A DNA stretch of 64,000 bases from NCBI GenBank assembly GCA_046314385.1, contig JBKBWZ010000002.1:697095-761094 (forward strand). Reading direction: 5' to 3'. The DNA is from Alphaproteobacteria bacterium (GTDB lineage Bacteria > Pseudomonadota > Alphaproteobacteria > Micavibrionales > UBA2020). Below, one piece after another: positions 1-9,957 of the stretch. Position 1 is the stretch's first letter, and every line of letters starts with the position of its first letter. A program made the position numbers and the translations under genes. Below the pieces are notes generated by a model, which saw only the letters and a list, made by a program, of their open reading frames with translations, did not search any database and was not told the origin of the DNA.

Positions 1-20
1 TCGGCACCGTTGGCTTTTTT

Positions 21-383
21 GTGGCCGCGCCGTTTGCGGGTGCTGCGGCACTGGGCTATCTGGGCTTTACACAGGCGGCAGGTTTGGGCGTCATGGCCAA
101 GACAGCCTTGACAGCTGTTGCGGCTGTGGGCGGGCTTTGTTTGGGTGCAGCGCCTCTTTACGCGCTGCGAAGCAGCAAAGAGACGCCCACCAGCACGCTT
201 GAGTTGATGACGATTCCTGCCGCGGCTGTCGACAAGGGCGTGAGCAAGATATTTGCGCCGCTCAAGCGCCTGTGTCTGTCTGCACGCTTCAACCGTCCTG
301 CGCACCAGCAGCCCCTGCAACCGCCTGCGCAGCCGGACGCCGCGCCAAACGCAAAAGATACCAAGCCGCCAGCGCCCAAATAG
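21..383 (+). CDS. hypothetical protein; hydrophobic Gly/Ala-rich body and a Pro/Ala/Lys-rich tail; may start upstream of the window
   Basis: ORF track 21..383. The same frame has no stop between nt 3 and 21, so the start is open. Tail is PLQPPAQPDAAPNAKDTKPPAPK. No family recognised. Confidence 0.3.
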   Translation: MAAPFAGAAALGYLGFTQAAGLGVMAKTALTAVAAVGGLCLGAAPLYALRSSKETPTSTLELMTIPAAAVDKGVSKIFAPLKRLCLSARFNRPAHQQPLQPPAQPDAAPNAKDTKPPAPK

Positions 384-463
384 ACAAGCTGCCGCCGCCC
401 AAAAGTAACCAATAGACAGGTTTTACTGTCTATGCCTTAATATTCCTGTCAAACGGCGGGGGT

Positions 464-1972
464 ATGATGAAGCGGCGGCAGTTCTTACGGGCGGGGTTGA
501 TGTCGGCGGCGGGCGCGGCGGCGCTTTTGTCGGGAGGCGGGCTGGGGGCTCGGGCGCGCCCGCTCGAGAATGACCCCGACATGGCGCGACGCGAAGCCGC
601 CGAGGGCATCGTCGTCAATGACGTCCATGGCCAGATCAGCCCTACGCGCGTGGCCTTCATCCGCACACCTGCCGATACTGCCGCGCTTGAAAAGGCGCTG
701 GAGCCTGGCGGCGGCGTCGCCCTGAGCGGCGGGCGGCATGCGATGGGCGGGCAGCAATTTGCCGCCGGCCGGCCACTTGTTGATATGCGCGCGATGGATA
801 AAGTCATCGGCATTGACCGCGCAGCACGCACCGTAACGGCGGAGGCAGGCATTACATGGCCCGCTTTGATGGCGGTACTCAACCGTGATGCGCCGGAGCT
901 GTCGATCATCCAGAAACAAACCGGCGCCGACGATTTGACGCTGGGCGGCGCGCTTTCGGCGAATATACACGGGCGCGGTCTTGTGATGGCGCCGATCATC
1001 GGGGATGTGGAATCGTTTACGCTGCGCACGGCCCAAGACGGTGTGGTCACCTGCAGTCGCAGCGAAAACAGCGAATTATTCGCACTGGCCATTGGCGGTT
1101 ATGGGCTTTTCGGCGTGATCCAGACGGTAACGCTGCGCCTGATGACGCGGCGTAAACTGCGGCGCGAAGTGCAGATGCTGGGTATTGACGCGCTGATCCC
1201 GATGATCGAACAGCGCATCGCCGAAGGCTGCTGGTACGGCGATTTCCAGTACAAAACCGATCCCGCCGCCGAAGATTTTATGCGCACCGGTGTTTTCTGC
1301 TGTTACCGTCCGGTGGATGATCAGGCGGTTTTAAGCGAGGTGGCGCGCAACCTGTCCCTTGAAGACTGGCAGTCTCTTTACGATCTTGCGCATGACGACA
1401 AAAAAGCGGCGTTTGAAAAATACAGCGCCTATTACCTTGCCAGTCACGGTAATGTTTATTGGTCGGACAGTCACCAGACCAGCACCTATCTGAAAGACCA
1501 GAACGTCAAATACGACCGGCAGCGAAAGAACGCGGCCAAATCATCGCTGGTGATCAGCGAGATTTATGCCGAGCGGGAAAAGCTGACCGAGGTAATGGAG
1601 GCCTGCCGAACGGCGGCGCTGCGGCGCGGCATGAATATTGTATACGGTACGGTGCGGTTTATCGAGCCGGATACAGAAAGCTTCCTGCCCTGGGCACGCA
1701 AAAGATACGCCTGTATCATTTTCAATCTGCATGTACGCCATACCGTGCCGGGGCTGTCCAAGGCACAGGAAGATTTCCGTACGCTGTATGATATCGCGCT
1801 TGACCATAGCGGCAGTTTTTATCTGACCTATCATCGCTGGGCGCGCAAGGAGCAGGTTCTGACCGCCTATCCGCAAATGCGCGCGTTTATCGCGCTCAAG
1901 CGCAAATACGACCCTTACGATAAATTCGTCAGCGACTGGTACGCGCATTACCGCGAGATGTTCCAGATTTAA
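464..1972 (+). CDS. FAD-binding (PCMH-type, FAD-linked oxidase family) oxidoreductase with a twin-arginine signal peptide
   Basis: N-terminus MMKRRQFLRAGLMSAAGAAALL resembles a Tat motif. The GGRHAMGGQQF block and context resemble the FAD-binding-4 domain. G-rich SD-like GGCGGGGG lies just upstream of the ATG. Confidence 0.75.
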   Translation: MMKRRQFLRAGLMSAAGAAALLSGGGLGARARPLENDPDMARREAAEGIVVNDVHGQISPTRVAFIRTPADTAALEKALEPGGGVALSGGRHAMGGQQFAAGRPLVDMRAMDKVIGIDRAARTVTAEAGITWPALMAVLNRDAPELSIIQKQTGADDLTLGGALSANIHGRGLVMAPIIGDVESFTLRTAQDGVVTCSRSENSELFALAIGGYGLFGVIQTVTLRLMTRRKLRREVQMLGIDALIPMIEQRIAEGCWYGDFQYKTDPAAEDFMRTGVFCCYRPVDDQAVLSEVARNLSLEDWQSLYDLAHDDKKAAFEKYSAYYLASHGNVYWSDSHQTSTYLKDQNVKYDRQRKNAAKSSLVISEIYAEREKLTEVMEACRTAALRRGMNIVYGTVRFIEPDTESFLPWARKRYACIIFNLHVRHTVPGLSKAQEDFRTLYDIALDHSGSFYLTYHRWARKEQVLTAYPQMRAFIALKRKYDPYDKFVSDWYAHYREMFQI

Positions 1973-1993
1973 ACACCAGCAATCCGGCCCGGA

Positions 1994-3685
1994 TTATCCG
2001 CGGTCGCGGATCATCGTGACGGCGCGTTCTGCGGCATCGTGGAACGGCAGAAACACCACATGTGCGCCCGCGGTGCGCAGCAGGCCGTCTTGCCGCGGGT
2101 CATGCGTGGAGACAGCGACTTTGCCGGCGTATTTTTCTTCGCGCAAGGCATTGAGCAGCATCAGGCGCGGGTCTTCGTGTGTGACGCCGGTATCATGCTG
2201 CGGCATGGCGGAAATCACCCAGCGTGCCTGTCCAAGCGGCAGCGAGGCGATAAATTCCGGATCGCAGGCATCGCCGTAAACAGCCGGATGTCCCAGTGTG
2301 CGCCATTTGCGGACTTCGTCGGGGTTAAAATCGACGCCCAGCAGGTGATAGCCCGATGCGCGCAGGTGATGCGCAATCGCCGTGCCATAGCGCCCCAGAC
2401 CAAAGAGGATAACATCGTAATGCGCTTCGCTTTTCGGCACGGTGGCATGTTCTTCGTCGGCGACTTCGCGGTGCGGTGTCTTGCGCTCGAAAATGCCCAG
2501 TCCGCGTTCCAGCCAGCGGTACAGCGGATGCGCATAGGTAATCATATAAACCGACAGTGCAATAGTAATCAGCCCGACCAGCGTGACAAGCCCCAGCGCG
2601 TCTTTGTTGACATGGCCGAGGGTCAGACCCATCGCCATAAAAATCAGCGAAAATTCGCTGATCTGCGCCACCGTTAAACCGGCCAGAAAACCTGTACGTT
2701 TGCGGTAACCCATCGCCCCCATGATCACCATCACGATCAGCGGGTTGCCGATCAGGACAAAAGCCGAGAAGATCAGCGCCGGCCAGACCTGAGCGCCCAA
2801 GAGGCTGAGATCCAGCTGCGTGCCAAGCGCGATAAAGAAAAACAGCAGCAGAAAATCGCGCAGTGAAGACAGGCGCGCGATCAAAGCCTCGCGGAACGGG
2901 GTGGAGGCGAGGGAGACGCCGGCCAGCAATCCGCCCAGTTCCTTGCTGAAACCGAAATGATCGCCCAGCGCCGCCAGCAGGGCCGCCCAGCCGATGGCAA
3001 AGGTGATCAACAGCTCCGGCGAGCGGGCAATGCGGTTCATCAGCGGCGTTGCGGCAAAGCGCATAAACAGCGCGACCAGCGCGAGCATGCCAGTGCCGTA
3101 AAGCATGACTTCGATAATGCGGGCAGCCGCGCTTTGTTCACCGGCCTCCTGCGATACGCCGAAGGCCGACAGCACCATCATCGCCAGAACGACCACCAGA
3201 TCCTGCACAATCAGAAAACCGATAGCGATGCGTCCGTGCAGGGAGTCGACTTCTTTTTTATCCGACAGCAGTTTGACGATAATAATGGTGCTGGAAAAAG
3301 TCAGCGCAACGGCGACGTAGATCGATGTCATGTGCCCAAGACCAAGGGCGATGCCGAGAAAATAACCGATGACCGATGTAAAGGCGACCTGCCCCAGACC
3401 TGTTGCCAGCGAGACAACGCCCATCGTGCGGATCAGTTTGAGGTCGAGCTTGAGGCCGACCAGAAACAAAAGCACCGCAATACCAAGCTGTGCCAAAAGT
3501 TCGATATGCGCCTGCGACCGGACAATATCGATGCCCGAAGGCCCGACCAGCACACCCGCCGCAATAAAGCTGACGATCATCGGCTGACGCAGGTAAAGCC
3601 CGACCAACCCGATCGCCGAGACGATCATCAAAAGCGCCGTCAGTTCATAAAAAACCGATGTATGCAAAAGTTCGAAAGATGGCAT
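1994..3685 (-). CDS. cation:proton antiporter (Kef/CPA2-type) with a C-terminal RCK/TrkA-N domain
   Basis: 563 aa. About 12 hydrophobic helices are followed by a Rossmann-like ILFGLGRYG segment typical of KefB/KefC-type K+ efflux proteins. Confidence 0.85.
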   Translation of the reverse strand: MPSFELLHTSVFYELTALLMIVSAIGLVGLYLRQPMIVSFIAAGVLVGPSGIDIVRSQAHIELLAQLGIAVLLFLVGLKLDLKLIRTMGVVSLATGLGQVAFTSVIGYFLGIALGLGHMTSIYVAVALTFSSTIIIVKLLSDKKEVDSLHGRIAIGFLIVQDLVVVLAMMVLSAFGVSQEAGEQSAAARIIEVMLYGTGMLALVALFMRFAATPLMNRIARSPELLITFAIGWAALLAALGDHFGFSKELGGLLAGVSLASTPFREALIARLSSLRDFLLLFFFIALGTQLDLSLLGAQVWPALIFSAFVLIGNPLIVMVIMGAMGYRKRTGFLAGLTVAQISEFSLIFMAMGLTLGHVNKDALGLVTLVGLITIALSVYMITYAHPLYRWLERGLGIFERKTPHREVADEEHATVPKSEAHYDVILFGLGRYGTAIAHHLRASGYHLLGVDFNPDEVRKWRTLGHPAVYGDACDPEFIASLPLGQARWVISAMPQHDTGVTHEDPRLMLLNALREEKYAGKVAVSTHDPRQDGLLRTAGAHVVFLPFHDAAERAVTMIRDRG

Positions 3686-3763
3686 GCCTGTCCTCGTAAA
3701 CCGATGGGGGCATTAGACACGACTTTACGGGCAAAGGCCACAGAGTCCCGCCATGAGGGGAGA

Positions 3764-3837
3764 TGGAGGCACGGGCCGGAATCGAACCGGCATTCAAGGA
3801 TTTGCAGTCCTCTGCATCACCATTCTGCCACCGCGCC
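3764..3837 (-). tRNA. tRNA-Cys (GCA)
   Basis: The reverse complement reads GGCGCGGTGGCAGAATGGTGATGCAGAGGACTGCAAATCCTTGAATGCCGGTTCGATTCCGGCCCGTGCCTCCA. It has a 7-bp acceptor stem with one G-U pair, anticodon loop CTGCAAA, T-loop GGTTCGATTCC, discriminator U73 and encoded CCA. Confidence 0.92.
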
Positions 3838-4025
3838 ATCTCGGGAAGCCTGTTGTAGCTGAAAATCGGTGCCGTCTCAAGTGGCGGTACTGTTCAACGG
3901 CGCTAAAAACGTATAAATATGACGGCAGTAGCCGCCGTGTGCAAAAAAGGCTTTGATTTTTTGCGCAGGCAGGGCATAATACAACCTGTGGATGTAATTC
4001 CGCACAACTTTTGGATGTGCAAGAG

Positions 4026-4685
4026 ATGCAAAACTTTGATATTGCCCGTGAAAATATGATTTTCAGCCAGCTGCGGCCCAGCGGTATCTCTTCGCCGGCG
4101 CTGATTGCGGCAATCCACGCTGTCCCGCGCGAACAATTTGTGCCGCGTCATTTGCAGCGCATCGCCTATGTGGACGAGGATATCGATGTTGGCGGCGGCC
4201 GCTTTTTGTCCGAGCCGATTGTGCTGGCCCGCCTGCTGCAGGCGCTGGATGTCGAGCCGGGGGATGTTGCGCTCGATATCGGCTGCGGCACGGGGTATTG
4301 TGCGGCCTTGCTTGCACAGATGGCGGCGACGGTCGTGGCCATCGAAGAAAACGCCAATATGGCCGCCGAAGCGGAGCGGCTGTTGCGCACGTTGGATATT
4401 TGCAACGTTGCCGTTATCCAGCAGAAAAACCTGCCGGAGGGATATCCCGCGCAGGCGCCCTACCATAAAATTTTGATCAACGGCTCGGTCGCGGATGTGC
4501 CCGAGGCTATTCTTTCCCAGTTGGCCGATGGTGGCCGGCTGGTCACGGTTCTTTCAAACAAGGGGCATATGGGCTCCGCGGTTTTGTTTACCCGGACGGG
4601 TGACGGTTTTTCAAAGCGTGTTCTTTTCGATGCGGCCACGCCGACACTGTCCGGGTTTGAACAGCGGAAATCATTCGATTTTTAA
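4026..4685 (+). CDS. pcm: protein-L-isoaspartate O-methyltransferase family protein
   Basis: SAM-binding motif VALDIGCGTGYCAALLA. Size and C-terminal GGRLV block fit the family. Position directly upstream of tolC is common in Alphaproteobacteria. The ATG at 4026 is chosen over the TTG at 4011. Confidence 0.75.
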   Translation: MQNFDIARENMIFSQLRPSGISSPALIAAIHAVPREQFVPRHLQRIAYVDEDIDVGGGRFLSEPIVLARLLQALDVEPGDVALDIGCGTGYCAALLAQMAATVVAIEENANMAAEAERLLRTLDICNVAVIQQKNLPEGYPAQAPYHKILINGSVADVPEAILSQLADGGRLVTVLSNKGHMGSAVLFTRTGDGFSKRVLFDAATPTLSGFEQRKSFDF

Positions 4686-6068
4686 ATGACATCTTCCCGT
4701 TTCTTTGTCTTTCGTCTTATCTTTACCGCCGCAATTTTGCTGACCGCAGGGGCAGCTGTCGCGCAGGCGCCGGACGGGGACGGAACGGTCAGTTTTGCCC
4801 GCGCCTTGGCCGAAGCCTATCTGCACAACCCCGATCTTGAAGCCGCAAGGGCAGAGCTGCGCAGCGTGGACGAGGGCTATGCGCAGGCGATGTCCGGTTA
4901 TCGCCCGCGTTTGACGGGGGAAGCTTCTTATACCTCGTCACATTTTGATGGCGATATTTTCGACACCCATGCCGATCCCAAGACGGTGGCGCTGGAGCTG
5001 CGCCAGCCGCTCTATCGCGGTGGTTCCACGGAGGCGGGCGTGCGCGCTTCTTCCAATAGAATCAAGGCGCAGCGGGCTGTTCTTCACAGCGTAGAACAGC
5101 GGGTATTGCTGGATGCCGTGACAGTTTATCTTGATGTCCGCCGCGATATTGAATTGGTGCGGTTAAATGTCAACAATCAGAATGTTTTGGAGCGTCATCT
5201 TGAAGCTTCGCGTCAACGGTTTAAGCTGGGCGACATCACCAAGACCGATGTAAGTCAGGCGGAATCGCGTCTGGCGAATGCCGTTGCCGGACGGGTAAGG
5301 GCGGAGGGCAGCCTGGAGGCCAGCCGCGCACGGTTCGAACGTGTGGTCGGACTGACAGCCGGGAATTTGCCTGCGCCGGCCTATGCTGTCGATATCCCCG
5401 CAACGCTGGAGGCCGCAGCGGCATTGGGCGAAGCGCAAAATCCGGACATTCATTTTTCAGAATTTAGTCATGCTGCCGCAGTGGCCAATACCCGCGCGGT
5501 GAAGGGGGAGCTGTTGCCGCAGGTCGACCTGACCGGCAGCCTTGGCCGTACCTATGACCCCGCGCAGCGCGCGGATGACCATGTGAATACAACCTCGGTC
5601 GGTGTCGTGGCCAGTATCCCGCTCTATACCGGCGGGGCGGTGGATGCGCGCGTGCGCCAGTCCCGCCAGATCGAATCCCAGCGCCGCATGGAGCAGCAGC
5701 GTGCGGCTCGTGCCGTGCGGCAGGCCGTGATCGACGCCTGGACAGAGCTCAGTGCCGCCGATTCCGAAATGCAGGCCCGTAAAAGCCAGATCGACGCCGC
5801 CAAACTGGCGCTGGACGGGGTGCGGATCGAGGCGGATTATGGGTCACGAACCACGCTCGATCTTCTGGATGCCGAGCAGGAATATCTCGATGCACAGGTC
5901 GCCCATGTGATTGCAGAGCGCAACAAAGTCGTTGCCCTGTACCGTTTACTGTCATCAACCGGAGAGCTGACCGCGGTGCGGCTGGGGCTGGATGTGCGCG
6001 TGTATAACCCGTCTGCAAATTTCCAGAAGGTTAAAAATCGCTGGATCGGTACCTCTATCCGTGACTAA
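4686..6068 (+). CDS. tolC: TolC family outer membrane protein
   Basis: 460 aa with signal peptide ...TAGAAVAQA. Two internally repeated coiled-coil/beta halves match the TolC pattern (YLHNPDLEAARAEL, YRPRLTGEASYT, TKTDVSQAESRLA). Confidence 0.85.
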   Translation: MTSSRFFVFRLIFTAAILLTAGAAVAQAPDGDGTVSFARALAEAYLHNPDLEAARAELRSVDEGYAQAMSGYRPRLTGEASYTSSHFDGDIFDTHADPKTVALELRQPLYRGGSTEAGVRASSNRIKAQRAVLHSVEQRVLLDAVTVYLDVRRDIELVRLNVNNQNVLERHLEASRQRFKLGDITKTDVSQAESRLANAVAGRVRAEGSLEASRARFERVVGLTAGNLPAPAYAVDIPATLEAAAALGEAQNPDIHFSEFSHAAAVANTRAVKGELLPQVDLTGSLGRTYDPAQRADDHVNTTSVGVVASIPLYTGGAVDARVRQSRQIESQRRMEQQRAARAVRQAVIDAWTELSAADSEMQARKSQIDAAKLALDGVRIEADYGSRTTLDLLDAEQEYLDAQVAHVIAERNKVVALYRLLSSTGELTAVRLGLDVRVYNPSANFQKVKNRWIGTSIRD

Positions 6069-6162
6069 AGCCGTCGCTTGTGGCCAGAATCTGACTCGCT
6101 TTTCTGCCTTAAATGTCTTAAAAACAGAATATTCAAGACTTTAGAAGAAAACGGTCACACGG

Positions 6163-6738
6163 ATGCCAGAAACAAAACCAGAGCAGGACGCCTCCATCGA
6201 AGAAATTCTGGAATCGATCCGCCAGATCATCAACGAAGATGAAGACGCGCCCGCAGATACCGGCGGAGCCGATTTGCGCCCCAAGCCCCAGACCCCCGAC
6301 AAACCCGGTGTGATCGAAGCGCCGCCCGAAGAGGCTGTGGCAGGCGGTGTGCTTGACCTTACAGAAAAAGTTGAAGATCTTAGTGATGCGGCCGACATGC
6401 TGGGAGAAGATCTTATGAACCCGGACTATGATCCCGACCCGCCGCCGCAGATTGATTTGCAGGACGCCCCGCCCATGAAGACAGACGATCAGGAAAGCCT
6501 GCTCTCCGACCGGACGGCAGATGCCGCAGCGGCGGAAATGGCAAAACTGCTGAGCACAAATGTTGCCATCGAACGCGATGAGCCCGCCCGCATTGGCCGC
6601 GTGACGCTCGAAGACATCGCGCGCGATCTGATGCGTCCGCTGATCAAAACATGGCTGGATGAAAACCTGCCGCGCGTTATCGACAGGGTTGTCACGCGCG
6701 AGCTGGAAAAACTGGCGCGCCGCGCCCGCGACGAATAA
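6163..6738 (+). CDS. DUF2497 domain protein (PopZ-like pole-organising protein)
   Basis: Acidic N-terminal helix IEEILESIRQIINED, a Pro/Asp-rich linker, and the conserved C-terminal block LEDIARDLMRPLIKTWLDENLPRVIDRVVTRELEKL. Follows pcm-tolC. Confidence 0.65.
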   Translation: MPETKPEQDASIEEILESIRQIINEDEDAPADTGGADLRPKPQTPDKPGVIEAPPEEAVAGGVLDLTEKVEDLSDAADMLGEDLMNPDYDPDPPPQIDLQDAPPMKTDDQESLLSDRTADAAAAEMAKLLSTNVAIERDEPARIGRVTLEDIARDLMRPLIKTWLDENLPRVIDRVVTRELEKLARRARDE

Positions 6739-6761
6739 AAAACGCGCCCGCCAAACGGGCG
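6735..6761 (-). terminator. putative intrinsic terminator downstream of glnE (overlaps the stop codon of the convergent DUF2497 gene)
   Basis: CGCCCG (6745-6750), a 5-nt loop, then CGGGCG (6756-6761). On the minus strand this is followed after 2 nt by TTTTTT. Confidence 0.4.
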
Positions 6762-6774
6762 ACGTCCAAAAGAT

Positions 6775-9700
6775 TTAGGAAACGCGCGCTCCGGTTTTGC
6801 CCGGGGCGCGTTTCTTCTTTGCAGGGCTTTTGCGCGCCTGCAAAATACGGCGGCATATTTTATCAGCCGCGGCGATATCCTTGAGGAAGGTGGCAGTGGC
6901 TGATTTGAAGGACGCTCTGCGGCTTTGCACCTTGTTTTTAGGTGCAGCGCCCATGAGGATGGCGGTCATTTTCGCTTGCAGCCCCGCACTTGCGCGCGCC
7001 GGATCAAATGGCAAAGCGGCCGACAGCCGTAAAAACATCTGTACGTCCAAAAGCCGCTGCTGCGCTTTTGTCAGGACTTTCGCCTCTGTGGCTGTCAGCG
7101 CGCGCAGGCGGTGCAGTGCTTCTATCGCTTTGGTAATGTCTGCGGCCAGCACGGTTTTTTCTTTCGCGGCGTTTTTCAGTTGCAGATATTGCACGGCGAA
7201 AAGCTGGTCCATCAATCCGCCTTTGCGGTATTTCAGGTTCCAGCGGTCTTTGCTGCCAAATTCCTTGCGCACCCGCGCCTGCATTTCGGTGATGTCTTTT
7301 TGCAAGGCGTTTTCATCGCGCTGGCGGCACAGGATTTTGCCGATACCGCGCGACAGCGCGCCAGCCGCTTTTGCATCACCGTAAATGATGCGGTGGCGGA
7401 TCAGCGACATATGCTCCCATGTCCAGGCTTTATGGTTGTGGTAATCAAGAAAGCTGCCGACCGATACCGCCAGCGGCCCGTCGTCACCGGCGGGGCGCAG
7501 GCGGGCATCGACGTTATAGAGAATGCTTTCCGACGTCGGCGCGGTGATAGCGGTAATCAGGCGCTGCGTCAGGCGAATATAATAGGGGCCCGCCGACAGG
7601 GGTTTGATGCCATCACTGGGCGCGGCATTGTCGGGCGCACTGTAAAGCGCAATAATATCGAGGTCTGAGTCGGTAAACATGCGCCGCGCGGCAAAACTGC
7701 CCATCGCCAGCAGCAGATAATGCCCGTCTTTGATGCGCCCGTGGGTTCTGGCGAATTCGGCTTCGACGGCGGGGGTGAGCAGACGCAGGCAGGCTTCGGC
7801 AATATCGCTCAGATAGGCGGCAGTATCTTGCGGTTTTGATAGTTGCCGCAAGATATGAATGCCGGCATGGAATCGTTTTTCCCGCGCCCAGCGGCGGGTG
7901 ATATCTAGAACATCCTGATAATCATGCGCGGCGTCAAGCGCCGCTTGTGTTTTTGGCGCGCCGGGGCGCGCGGCGTCAAGCGCCGCCGGTGTTTTAGGCG
8001 TGCCGGGGCGCGCGGCAGACAGGCGATGCGCCAGTTCCTGTTCCAGCCAGCTGCGGTTTGGCAGGCGGCCAAAGAAATCACGGCTGATCACACCGTCCAG
8101 CACTTGCGGGTGTGTCCCCAGCCATTCGGCCAGAGCAGGGGCCGTGCCCATGATTTCGGCCACCAGCCCCAGCAGCTGGGGGTGATGCGCGAACATCGAA
8201 AAGATCGGAATGCCAGAAGGCAGTTTTTCGAGAAAACGGTCAAAACGGATAAAGGCTTCGTCCGGCTGCGGCGTTGCGGCAAGGGTGGCAAGAAGCTGCG
8301 GCGTGATTTCAGTCAGGATTTGCCGCGCGCGTGCGCTGCGCACCGCGCGGTAGCGTCCGTGATGCCAGCCGCGGATGGCGGCGGTGACTTTCTCCGGCGC
8401 ATCAAACCCCATGCCGCGCAGGGTTTGCAGCGTTTCCGGATCATCTTCGACGCCGGTAAAGACCAGATTGCCGCCGGCTTGCGACAGTGTCTGCGATTCC
8501 ACAAACAAAGCGGCATAACATTTCTGCACATAGCCCATATGTCTGGCAAGATCGGCGCAAAGCGCGGCAGCATCGGCATATCCGGCAAAGGCGGCGAGCG
8601 TGGCAAAATCATCCGGCTGCAAAGGCAGGCTGTGGGTCTGGCGGTCGTCGATCATTTGCAGGCGGTGTTCGATACGGCGCAGAAAAAGATAGGCATCATG
8701 CAGCGCGGCGCGGTCTTTTTCCGGCACATGTCCGGCTGCGGCAAGTGCGGCGAGCGCCGCCAGTGTGCCGCTCTGGCGCAGCGTCATATCGCGGCCGCCA
8801 AAGATCAGCTGCTGCGTCTGCGCATAAAATTCGATCTCGCGGATACCGCCATGGCCCAGCTTGACATTCACGCCCAGAAAGGGGTTTTCGTTTTTGCCCT
8901 TGCCGCGCGCGCCGCCTTGCTGTGATTGTTTGGCGTTGATTTGCCGCTTGATAGAATGGATATCCTGTATCGCCGCGAAATCAAGATTGCGGCGCCATAT
9001 CCATGCTGTCATCAGCCGCATGAAATCGACGGCAATCCGCGTATCGCCCGCAACAGGCCGCGACTTTGTCATCGCCGCGCGTTCCCAGTTCTGGCCAAGG
9101 CTGCCGTAGTAAATTTCTGCCGTGCCCAGTGATACCGCTAGCGGCATGGCGCCCGGATCGGGCCGCAGGCGCAGATCGCAGCGGAAAACATAGCCATCCG
9201 CGGTTTGCAGCTCCAGCATCTGCGCCAGATCACGCGTGAAGCGGATAAAGAAATTCTGCGCCGCGTCCTTGTCCTTGATCGGTGTGCGCAGCGGGTCGAA
9301 CAACACCATCAGATCGATATCGCTGGAATAATTCAATTCATGCGCGCCCCATTTGCCAAGGGCGATGATTGTCATGCCGCAGTCTTTTTGCGGTGTTTTG
9401 GGTGCAGCCAGGCGCAGCGTGCCTGCCGCATGTGCTTCGCGCAGCAGATGGTCAGCGGCGGCGGCTGTGGCGGCATCGGCAAAATCCGACAGTGTTTGCA
9501 TGACACGGATATCGTCCCAGATGCCCGAAAGATCGGCCAGTGCGGTCAGCAGTGCGATTTTTTGTTTGGCGCGGCGCAGCGCCGACATGATATCGGCGCG
9601 GCTGCTGGCGGCACGGCATTCCGCGCCCAGAGCGGTATGGGCGGCACCCAGTGCCTGCTGCGGCGACAGGGCGACGATATCGGGCCAGCGGGCCGCCAGA

Positions 9701-9849
9701 CCGGACAGATAGGGACTGTGACGCAAAAGCTGCGCTGCTGTTGCCTTTGTACCGCTGTTTTTCTGCTGCGGGCGGCCTGTCGCGGAACCGCTGCGCTTTT
9801 GGCGCGTTGTGTTTTTAGGGCTGCCGGAAGTTTTTGTTTTGCGGGTCAA
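6775..9849 (-). CDS. glnE: bifunctional glutamine synthetase adenylyltransferase/adenylyl-removing enzyme
   Basis: 1024 aa with two nucleotidyltransferase halves (GKWGAHELNYSSDIDLMVLF and LLAMGSFAARRMFTDSDLDIIALY) plus GlnE-type helical domains. The start is a TTG and is uncertain. Confidence 0.9.
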   Translation of the reverse strand: MTRKTKTSGSPKNTTRQKRSGSATGRPQQKNSGTKATAAQLLRHSPYLSGLAARWPDIVALSPQQALGAAHTALGAECRAASSRADIMSALRRAKQKIALLTALADLSGIWDDIRVMQTLSDFADAATAAAADHLLREAHAAGTLRLAAPKTPQKDCGMTIIALGKWGAHELNYSSDIDLMVLFDPLRTPIKDKDAAQNFFIRFTRDLAQMLELQTADGYVFRCDLRLRPDPGAMPLAVSLGTAEIYYGSLGQNWERAAMTKSRPVAGDTRIAVDFMRLMTAWIWRRNLDFAAIQDIHSIKRQINAKQSQQGGARGKGKNENPFLGVNVKLGHGGIREIEFYAQTQQLIFGGRDMTLRQSGTLAALAALAAAGHVPEKDRAALHDAYLFLRRIEHRLQMIDDRQTHSLPLQPDDFATLAAFAGYADAAALCADLARHMGYVQKCYAALFVESQTLSQAGGNLVFTGVEDDPETLQTLRGMGFDAPEKVTAAIRGWHHGRYRAVRSARARQILTEITPQLLATLAATPQPDEAFIRFDRFLEKLPSGIPIFSMFAHHPQLLGLVAEIMGTAPALAEWLGTHPQVLDGVISRDFFGRLPNRSWLEQELAHRLSAARPGTPKTPAALDAARPGAPKTQAALDAAHDYQDVLDITRRWAREKRFHAGIHILRQLSKPQDTAAYLSDIAEACLRLLTPAVEAEFARTHGRIKDGHYLLLAMGSFAARRMFTDSDLDIIALYSAPDNAAPSDGIKPLSAGPYYIRLTQRLITAITAPTSESILYNVDARLRPAGDDGPLAVSVGSFLDYHNHKAWTWEHMSLIRHRIIYGDAKAAGALSRGIGKILCRQRDENALQKDITEMQARVRKEFGSKDRWNLKYRKGGLMDQLFAVQYLQLKNAAKEKTVLAADITKAIEALHRLRALTATEAKVLTKAQQRLLDVQMFLRLSAALPFDPARASAGLQAKMTAILMGAAPKNKVQSRRASFKSATATFLKDIAAADKICRRILQARKSPAKKKRAPGKTGARVS
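7926..8020. repeat. 42-bp tandem duplication (2 full copies and the start of a third) inside glnE
   Basis: Units 7926-7967 and 7968-8009 both begin GCGCGGCGTCAAGCGCCGC and differ at a few positions. They encode ARPGTPKTPAALDA / ARPGAPKTQAALDA between the two GlnE halves. Confidence 0.85.
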
Positions 9850-9957
9850 GGCGGGGCTTACTCTCGCAGGGGAAAAGGGGCTATAATACAGACCAGAAGC
9901 CGGTTTGCGCCGGTGAGGCTATTCTATCTGCAAAACCACCGGGGATAAAGACACAGC

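Noticed and set aside
3838-4010. Looked for an integrase, att duplication or island next to tRNA-Cys
   Set aside because: The flanking genes are a Kef-type antiporter and pcm-tolC. I saw no repeat of the tRNA 3' end and no recombinase ORF.
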